The position numbers and the translations under genes are program-made. A DNA stretch of 64,000 nt from positions 44,826,001 to 44,890,000 of the forward strand of contig NC_043010.1 of NCBI RefSeq assembly GCF_006345805.1. The letters are read 5' to 3'. Under the pieces are notes generated by a model, which searched no databases, had not been told where the DNA came from, and worked only from the letters and a program-made list of their open reading frames with translations. Positions 53,943 through 64,000 of this stretch are shown one piece after another; position 1 is the first letter of the stretch; every line of letters starts with the position of its first letter. The stretch comes from Octopus sinensis (lineage: Eukaryota).

Positions 53943-55029
53943 AGTATATATTTTGCATTTTTGATTTTTGAAATTTTGATTTTGACTCTTGAACGATGAG
54001 CGCTACGATGGATTTCGTTTCCAAGCTATGCGGATCTTAATCCGTATAGCAAAGTCTTATGTTTCTACATATACATTAGGAAAAACCTCCGACTTTGTTT
54101 CCATGTTATTGTATTGTATAGGATTACCTTGATTATTTATATTACCTTGATTATTTATAAATGATCCAAAATAGGGTGTTATATTTTATTTTATATGTCT
54201 TTCGTATATATTTTTATTAATGCACCCATTTTTTTTTAAAAAAAGCAATGTTTTTTTAAAAAGCAATGTTGTCAAAATTAGAATGTTGATATAAGTATGT
54301 GTATAACTATATATTTGTAAGCATGCGTATTTGTGTATGTGTAAGTGAGAGTATGTTTGTGCTTAAGCACACATATACACGACTGTATGTATATGTATCC
54401 ATTCGAACTTGTGCTTGTATACTTGTCTCTATATATATGCCAATAACGCCGTTACATAGCTAGTATACATAATTTTTTCTTTTTTCTTATTTCGTTTTTT
54501 TCCCCACCCCTCCTTCGTTCCCTTTTCTCTCTCTTCCTTTCTTTCGTTTCCCCCCCTTACTCAGTATATGAGAATCGCTACATAGATGATTTTTATCTTG
54601 CGTGCGAGATGGTTTGCGTGAATATATGTACACATGCATTTATGTGTATATTTAGATTTATATTCATACGTCTGTATATGTATGGCGTTTGCGCGCATCC
54701 TTTTGTGTATGTTGATATATATATCTACATCTTAATATAAATATGTATTGCAGTGTAATATTTATAACAGGTTTAATTTCTATGCATTAATTTATACCTT
54801 CTTCATTAATGTCAATATGTATTTTATTCAATGTAAGGTTTTCCTCGGATTTTATAATTTTTATAAGTTTTTTATATATATATACATATATTTTTGACCT
54901 TTTTGTTTATCGCTCGAAGATTGACCGTTTTTTCTAAAGGGCCAATCAAACAAGTCCATTTCTTTTTAAAGGTGTAGCGTTCGTAAGAGTCTAGATTGAA
55001 TTGATATATCGGTTCCATTCTAGCAAAAA

Positions 55030-55067
55030 CTGTCTGATGAACGGCAACGAGAAACTCAGAGTAACAG
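55030..55067 (+). ncRNA. Type I hammerhead ribozyme at the PLE 3' end
   Basis: CTGT CTGATGA aCG-GCAA-CGa GAAAC T-CAG-A GT A ACAG; element ends ~55090 at (TA)n. Confidence 0.7.
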
Positions 55068-55099
55068 ATTCTGTTGAATTTTCTGCTGCTTAAAATAAA

Positions 55100-56314
<1,215 letters not shown>

Positions 56315-56696
56315 TATATATGTATATATATATACATACAGTCACACACACAAACACACACACGCACACAAACACACACACACACACATACGTACACACA
56401 CATAAATACACACACACACACACATATGAAATACATTTGCCAACTAAATGTGGCGATCCTATAGAGGACGGTATTATTGTTGATTTTAGCCCCAGGAAGA
56501 CATCTCCTCCTGGGTCAAATCTTGACGAAACTTATCAAAGATTCTAAGTATGTAATACATATATACATATATACATGCATACATATATATTATACATACA
56601 TTCACGTACCCGTACACACACATATGCATGTATATATGTATGTGTGTACGTGTGTGTATATGCCTGCGTGTGTGTGTATATACATACATACATATA

Positions 56697-58080
56697 CAGT
56701 AGAGGCCATAATATAAGGGTCAGTAAGAACAAGTGCATTGAAATATTTATTATAGAAGATTAACAGATCGTTGAGATTAGGTATTTTACGCATATTTATA
56801 TATATCCAATATCTGTCTTCTGTGAAAATTGTAAGTGAATCGAATAGATATTTCGTAAGTTATAAGGAAGTAAACAAATAATCTTCCAAACTGCAACGGC
56901 TAAAAGTTAAGTGTCACTTAGAAAAACAATGAAAAATGGAACAAGAACAAAAAAGAAACCCTTACTATTAATATTTTGGGAACATCCCTTTACTATCGAC
57001 GACCTCCTGACATCTGTTACCTCAAGACTGAATTAATTTCTTGCAAAATGATGGAATAATATTGTTACATTCGTTTTTCAATAGCTCCCAGAATTCATCT
57101 TGAGCCGTTGGATTTCTCCTTCGCGCCCTATCTACAATTATCTTCCAAACGTCTTCTATAGGACTGGGATCAGGGCTTTGAGGTGGCCAGTTCATGAGAT
57201 CAACCCCTTCATCATTCAAAAAATCTTTGACTCTAAGAATCTGCTTGTAGATTTCAGCATTGACAGTCTCTTGTAGGCGAATAAGTGGACCAGGACTAGC
57301 AGCACAGAACACTCCCCATACCATTAAACTGCCACCTCCATATTCCACTGTTTTCTTCACACATGCACGAGATAACATTTCGCCACTTCGTCGGAGTATA
57401 CATCCTACCATCGGATCCAATCGCATTAAACTTCAATTCATCGTTTTTGAAAATTAGACTTGAATATTCTCAAACATTGGATAACAGAAATAATGCATTT
57501 GCGGTATATTAGGAGCTCAACTAAGATGATAGCAAAAGGATAGCATGTCCAAACGACATGTTCGTGAGCGAAACGATGACGGGCTCTTTGATTCTTCTTG
57601 CCCGAGCTAGCAACCCAGAACCTCGTAATCTCCGAGAAACTGTTTAGCGCGATACGTTGACATCGAAAGTGGATCTAAACTCGCAGGATATTTCAGCAGT
57701 ACTCTTAAACCAATCCTTCAGTAACATTCTAACCATAATACAATCCTGTCTTGGTGAAGTTTTACGGGATCAACCGGTTTTGGGTTTAGCATCTGTCGAT
57801 CCTGATGACTTAAAACGAGCTACGATTCGTTGCAAAACATTTCTAGACCTTCCTACAGTAGTTACTATCACAGAATTTGACTTGCCCTCTTTGTGAAGGC
57901 ACACAATCCTTTTCATCACAAGGCACCAGTCGTCTCTCACAGCCGTCATGTTAACCGTTGAATGTTCCAATAATGTAATATCATAAGTGGTGACTGTTAG
58001 CCCATTAACAATCTTCTAAACAACAAATACTTCGGCTAGAAGTTCAATTTTTCTGAGTGACCCTTAAATTTTGGCTGCTG
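56697..58080 (-). mobile_element. Tc1 element, defective
   Basis: Degenerate TIRs (..taagggtca.), TA flanks; KKTVEYGGGSLMVWG and WPPQSPDPSPIEDVW. Confidence 0.85.
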
Positions 58081-58169
58081 TAATTTGGAAGATGTTTTGT
58101 TTCCTTATAACTTACGAAATATTTATTCCATTCATTTGAAATGTTCCATCTGAAAATCGTCGTCCCAGA

Positions 58170-58630
58170 GTGTCGTTTCTTTTCCATCCTCCAAGTAAAG
58201 TTATGCAGGAGAATGGAAAAGTAACGATACTCTGGGACTATGATTTTCAGATGGATGTAATCGAACACCGTCGGCCGGATATTGTCATATTGAATAAGAG
58301 AGACAAATACTGTCCGATCATTGATGCAGCCATACCAAATGACATGAATGTTGTGAGTAAAGACGTTGAAAAGTACTACGAATTGAAAGTGGAAATGGCA
58401 AGACTGTATGGAATGCGAGAGGGTAATGTAAAAGCGATACCAGTGGTGATCGGAGCGCTGGGCTCAACCCCATTGAAACTTCAAAACTTTCTAAGGCAAC
58501 TGGAAATCCCATGCAAGATTGATGTCTTGCAAAAAGCAGCCTTATTGAGCACAGTATTATCTGTCTGAGGTCCTTGTGACTAAAGACTCCGGTGCATTTT
58601 TACCTACCCTGTGTTACGAAGGAATAACAA
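58170..58630 (+). pseudogene. R4/Dong RLE 3' fragment
   Basis: ILWDYDFQMD..HRRPDIV...IDAAIP...EKY...IPVVIGALG, followed by (TAA)n. Confidence 0.85.
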
Positions 58631-58641
58631 CAACAGCAATA

Positions 58642-58726
<85 letters not shown>

Positions 58727-58739
58727 GAGTACCTGGAAG

Positions 58740-59612
58740 TGGCTCTCATAATATGTCCTGATGCTATACCAGGCAGTGACTCATGGTTTCTGATCTTAAC
58801 TGATTGGATGTGTTATCATGTACATTGTTTTGTCTTGGTGTAAAAGATGTGCTACAGCAAATATTCTGTTCAATACCACAGATTTCCTTGTCAGTTGTTT
58901 CACCTTAACTAGTTCAGCATGTTCCTTAGTGGCTGACTGACAATATGTGCATCTCTGATCATGAGCAGAAATAGTTTGGATAATTCACTTTGGAAACATG
59001 GGTGTTTTGTCCAACATCCTTAAACAACCCTTCATGGTCCTTTTGAGCGGGATGCGAGATTTTTTTCCCCATGAGAGTTCTGGACCCCAGTTATGCATAA
59101 AACCAATCAGAGCTCAACTATCAAACTAATTTATGAACGCATAAGGTCACTTGGTTAGGGAATGATTATCCATTTTTCTCTTATAATAACGCTTGTTGTT
59201 CTTGTTCTTGTTTCAACCATGGCTGTATCTGCGTAGTTATTTGTGTTGTGGGAGCACAATACAAGATTCGCATGGCAATCGGAGGTCGCCATTTTGAATT
59301 CCAACCTTTGCTAACTTGATAAGGTCAAGGTGAACTGCAAGCTGCATGCAAATGAGTTCATTACCGGGGTTCGAAACTCTCATGGGAAAAAAAAATTCAG
59401 TATGGGATACTCGACCTGAATTCTAACTGGGTCCCACCTGCAAGGTCATGCGCTGTTTATCTTCATATGAAATCACCATGTTGAGCACATATGGTTGTGA
59501 TGCATGTCCCTGGTGTACCCTCATTAGACGGGTAGTCATGATGGTTATACTGAGCTTCACATATTTAACCCCAGTATCACTTTGATGGTATGCACTGCTC
59601 TCTCACTCAGTT
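58740..59612 (+). mobile_element. Non-coding repeat ending in (AAT)n; further fragments at ~59676-59780 and ~60114-60260
   Basis: Internal homology among the three segments; interrupted by a MITE. Confidence 0.55.
59060..59396. mobile_element. MITE with ~28-bp TIRs
   Basis: ttttttccccatgagagttctggacccc / ggggttcgaaactctcatgggaaaaaaa. Confidence 0.6.
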
Positions 59613-59674
<62 letters not shown>

Positions 59675-59790
59675 TTAACTTATTGGAAGTGTTACCATGT
59701 ATATTGTTTTGTCTTGGTATGAACAATGGGCTACAACAAATATCCTGCTCAATACCACAGATGTGTTTGTTAGTATCTTCCAGAAACTGT

Positions 59791-59861
59791 GGGCATATGG
59801 CGTAGTGGTTAAGAGCGCGGACTAGTAACCCCAAGATTCAGAATTCGATTCCAGGCAGTGA

Positions 59862-59932
<71 letters not shown>

Positions 59933-60114
59933 TCGAAAAATACCTTAGGAATGAGAACCCAGGTTCGAAATATCCCCAAGACACCTGATGAAGGCTGGAG
60001 GGTATATCAGCCGAAACGCTGTGTTAACAACAAGGAAGATGAGGACAAATATCTGTCAAATGTAAATAATGTAAATAATGTACATAATTCCTCATCTCTT
60101 AAATATAGAACTGT
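59791..60114 (+). mobile_element. SINE family D: tRNA head, (AAT)n, HHR-bearing tail
   Basis: A-box TGGCGTAGTGG, decayed B-box GAATTCGATTCC; HHR fold at 59980-60025. Confidence 0.7.
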
Positions 60115-60265
60115 AAGATCACCATGTCGCGCACATATGGTTGTGATACATGTGCCTGGCGTACTCTTATCAGACGGGTAGTTTTGATGGGTATACTGGG
60201 CTTCGTATATTTGTGCCCCAGTGTCACTTTGATGGCATACACTGCTCTCTCACTCAATAATAATA

Positions 60266-60333
<68 letters not shown>

Positions 60334-60334
<1 letters not shown>

Positions 60335-61073
60335 GACCAAAAGCACAAGACCAAAGCCTCCCCACCAGAAATTACCAAAAACATGTAATGAAAAGAAATA
60401 TAACAAGTAACTGCAAAATATGTGGAGATGGACAAGAAACAATAAATCATAATATCTCTGGCTGCCCAGTCCTGGCTAAGAAGGAATATATTCACAGACA
60501 TGACAGAGTTGGAACCTACATACACTGGAAGCTATGCCAACATTATGGAATAACAACAGAAAAAAGATGGTATAGGTACACACCAGAAAAGGTCACAGAA
60601 AACGAAAAAGCAACCATACTCTGGGATATGCCGATACACACAGATAGAGAAATTAAGACCAACAGACCAGATATAGTTGTCAGAGATCATGAAGAAAAAA
60701 AATGCTTTCTAATTGATGTATCAATACCGGCAGATGACAACGTGTCTCTAAAAGAAATGGAGAAACTTTCAAAATATAAAGACCTGGAAATGGAGGTAAC
60801 CAGAATGTGGAATCTAAAAACAGAAACAATTCCTATCATAGTAGGTGCATTAGGCATGATAAAAAATATTCAGACAAATACATAACAAAAACACCAGGAC
60901 TTACAAACACATATGACATACAGAAAATTGCACTACTAGGCACTGCACACATCCTACGCAGAACACTTTCCATACAATAACCATCAGAGCATCACAACAA
61001 ATCATAGCACATACCTAAGGCGCACAGAGCTGCGCTCGGTAGTGAAGTGAAAGCACGCTATAAAATTAAACTA

Positions 61074-61076
<3 letters not shown>
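60334..61076 (+). pseudogene. 5'-truncated R4/Dong element (CCHC finger plus PD-(D/E)xK RLE), flanked by (TAA)n
   Basis: AQDQSLPTRNY..CKICG..ETINH..SGC...RHDRV...ILWD...RPDIV...IDVSIP...EKLSKY. Confidence 0.9.
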
Positions 61077-61152
<76 letters not shown>

Positions 61153-61169
61153 GCAACAACAACAACAAC

Positions 61170-62310
61170 AAAGACTTTACCTTCCAAGAAAAGAGGGTGG
61201 CCGTGGACTTTTACAACTGGAATTAACGAGGAAGAATGCCACAATTGGCCTAAATATCTACCTGAAAAACTTTGATGACGGGATGTTAAAACTTGTCTTA
61301 AAGCATGAGAGCAAGAAAACATCATACTCAGTAACAAAACGGGAAAAGAAATATCGAAATGAATTCCAAATACAACACTTTCCAGAAACAAGCACATATA
61401 AAGCTAAGCGTGCGAAAACCCGTGCTAAAACTGCTGCCTTAGATGTTCTTAGTGATAAATGGCAAGAAAAAACCTCTGAATGGCAAATACCCACATAGCT
61501 AATAATGCAGATATTGACAAAGCTCTTGTCTATGAATGGTTAGTGTCTTCTGGCTTAAAATCAGAGACAGAAGGGTGTATCATAGCAGCTAAAGATCAAT
61601 GGCTGCCTACAAGAAGCTACTAGGCGAACATATTAATGAATGGTAGTAGCCCGACATGTCGTGTACGTAAACAAAATGAAATCATCGATCATGTTGTCTC
61701 CGCGTGCAGTTTTCTTTCACCTACAGAGTATCTGAGCATGCATGATAGAGGGGCACAGTATATTCACTAGGTAATTTGCAATCACTTCGACTTTCCCTAT
61801 GATAAAAACTGGTGGGAACACAAACCATCTCCAGTGCTTGAAAATGACTATATCTCACTTCTCTGGAACTTAACCGTTCAAACTGACAGAAAGATAGATG
61901 CAAATAGGCCAGACATTATTATATTGAAGGACTTCAGACAAAAATCATGCCTCCTCATTGATATGTCTGTCCCAATCGACATAAATTCATCTGTCATGAC
62001 CTACCTAAATTTGAGAAAGTATAAAGATCTTCAAATAGAAATTAGCAACATGTGGAGCCTCAAGACTAAAACAATACCTGTTGTCATAGGTGCCATAGGA
62101 ATGATACCAAAAGGAGCTGATTGTAATCTCAAGTTTTAAAACAAACTTATAATTTTGTTTTGCTTTCTTGAACATTCTCTAGAACAATACTTTGTACAAA
62201 ACCAAATATATGGCACCCTAGTCATAACACAAACATGAACTTCTAACTTGTCTCTTGGGGTTCCCTGGGTGAGACTTGGAGTCAACTTGTACAAATACAA
62301 AACAAAAGTC
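61170..62310 (+). pseudogene. Older R4/Dong 3' fragment
   Basis: WL..GLKSETEG.I.AAKDQ; LWNLTVQTDRKIDANRPDI; IPVVIGAIG; stops present. Confidence 0.85.
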
Positions 62311-62316
62311 AAACAT

Positions 62317-62362
<46 letters not shown>

Positions 62363-62373
62363 CAACAATAATA

Positions 62374-62640
62374 GAGGATTGAGGTAACTTCTCCAGAAGA
62401 TATAGAGTCAAAATTAAAAGAAGAGTGCCATTGTTATCTAGTGAACGATATTTCGACATCTTGAGTGTCTTCAACTGGTTCAAAAAATAAATTTGTCAAT
62501 CTACTTCATTTTGGTTAATATATAAAGGATTGAGGTAACTCCCCCTGGAGATATAGAGTCAAAATTAAAAGAAGAGTGCCATTGTTATCTAGTGAACGAT
62601 ATTTCGACATCTTGAGTGTCTTCAACTGGTTCAAAAAATT
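62374..62640. repeat. Direct duplication of ~115 bp
   Basis: gaggattgaggtaact...ggttcaaaaa occurs twice. Confidence 0.8.
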
Positions 62641-62932
62641 ATTTGACATCTTGATGCGGGCGGTTTCGGACGTGCCAGGTGGGAAATCTTCATGATCGGC
62701 TATAGCTTCATTCTCGTCGATAATTTTTTCTTTTTTGTATTGTATCATGATTTCATGAGGCGTTCGAGGGGTTCCCACGAGAGTTGTTATGGAGGTCCCA
62801 TCTCTCTTTTCCTCTCTTTATTTGTATATACACGTGCACATGTATGTACATAGACATATATATATAAATAAAGTCTCGCATCGTGTCGCATACATAACCA
62901 CAGTGATTATCATTACTACCATCGTTCTACCT

Positions 62933-63114
62933 CTAGCATTTAAAATTATAAATAATAATATGGGTCCCAGTAAATTGCAGCAGATCTTCGTCACTATTTA
63001 TCAAATACTCGGCAAGCATTCTCCTTTCACTCTTTATACAATGGTCTATACTAATCAGTCCTCTGCCATCATTCTTTCTTTTCATATACAGTCTGTTTAC
63101 TTTTGCAGTTAACA

Positions 63115-63115
<1 letters not shown>
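62933..63115 (-). pseudogene. R4/Dong internal fragment
   Basis: VNRLYMKRKNDGRGLISI...LAEYL. Confidence 0.7.
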
Positions 63116-63184
<69 letters not shown>

Positions 63185-63199
63185 CTGTGCGATAAGGAG

Positions 63200-63321
63200 A
63201 CAAAAAGGCCTCACACCCTTTGGGTCAGCAGAGGTCAAGTGTGTTTACTACTACTAGCGATCAATGAGAGCGCTGACCTTGGCCTTGAAAAGAAGCAATT
63301 CACCTTGATCTATTTTTATAC

Positions 63322-63356
<35 letters not shown>

Positions 63357-63357
63357 A

Positions 63358-63401
<44 letters not shown>

Positions 63402-64000
63402 ATTAATGTTCACATTGTTGTTTGACTTTCTGAATTTTTTCTTCCTTTTCTTTTTATGAGTTTTGCTGTGGTTTACACTTTTGTAATTGTGCAGTTTGTA
63501 TATATTGGCAGGTGCTTACCTCCTTAATTTTTTTCTTTTTCCTGTGCATTTAATTGTGCTGTTGCAATAAAAGGTATGTTTACATATTCGGGTAGTCAGG
63601 GACAAAAGAAAGAGAAAATTTTCACACAAAATTGTAGATATTAAAGTTTTAAAGTTCTCTAGAGATGTTCGTTTGTATGTCCAATTAGAGCAGACAGTAG
63701 TGTTTTTGCAATAAAAAAGGATGTTTACATTTTCTAATACTCAGGGAGAAAGGAAAGGAAAAGAAAGAACAGAAAAGGAGAGTAAAATTTCCACAGATAG
63801 ATATTAAAGTTTTTTTAGATTTACTAAAGATGATCTTTTGTATGTCCGAACAGAGAAAACTGTAGTGTTCTTAGAATAAAAAGTATATTTACATTTTCGA
63901 ATACTCAGGGAGAAAGGAAAGGATAGATATTCACAGAAGTTGTTGATACTAAAGTTTTTAAAGCTGACCGTTTGTGTGTTTGAAAACTGTAGATATGTAA
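63200..64000. repeat. Complex sub-repeat family, second locus (runs off the window)
   Basis: Homologous to 39640-40920. Confidence 0.6.

Noticed and set aside
62515-62778. Possible LINE endonuclease-RT linker fragment on the - strand
   Set aside because: Similarity is too weak to call without a search.

Overview
AT-rich, microsatellite-dense animal intergenic DNA with no recognisable host gene. The SINE families look octopus-like; this is an inference from recalled repeats, not from a search. Most six-frame ORFs are simple-repeat artefacts. The real content is transposable elements. Retroelements: several tRNA-derived SINE families, RTE, CR1-like and L1/Tx1-like fragments, R4/Dong-type RLE retrotransposons stacked in (TAA)n, and Penelope-like elements (PLEs). 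One PLE at 51.8-55.1 kb is intact apart from a single frameshift. DNA transposons: Helitrons, mariner/Tc1 relics and MITEs. The main unexplained layer is about ten distinct small repeat families carrying type I hammerhead ribozyme (HHR) folds, nearly all abutting (TA)n. The best candidate for an undescribed system is a ~365-bp tandem, retrozyme-like unit at two loci (30.2 and 48.4 kb). Its HHR has a compensatory U3-A8 core variant inside a long extended stem I. Also notable are a tRNA-headed SINE with an HHR-bearing tail and recurrent fold-back HHR hairpins. All folds were read by eye; none has been tested computationally or experimentally.
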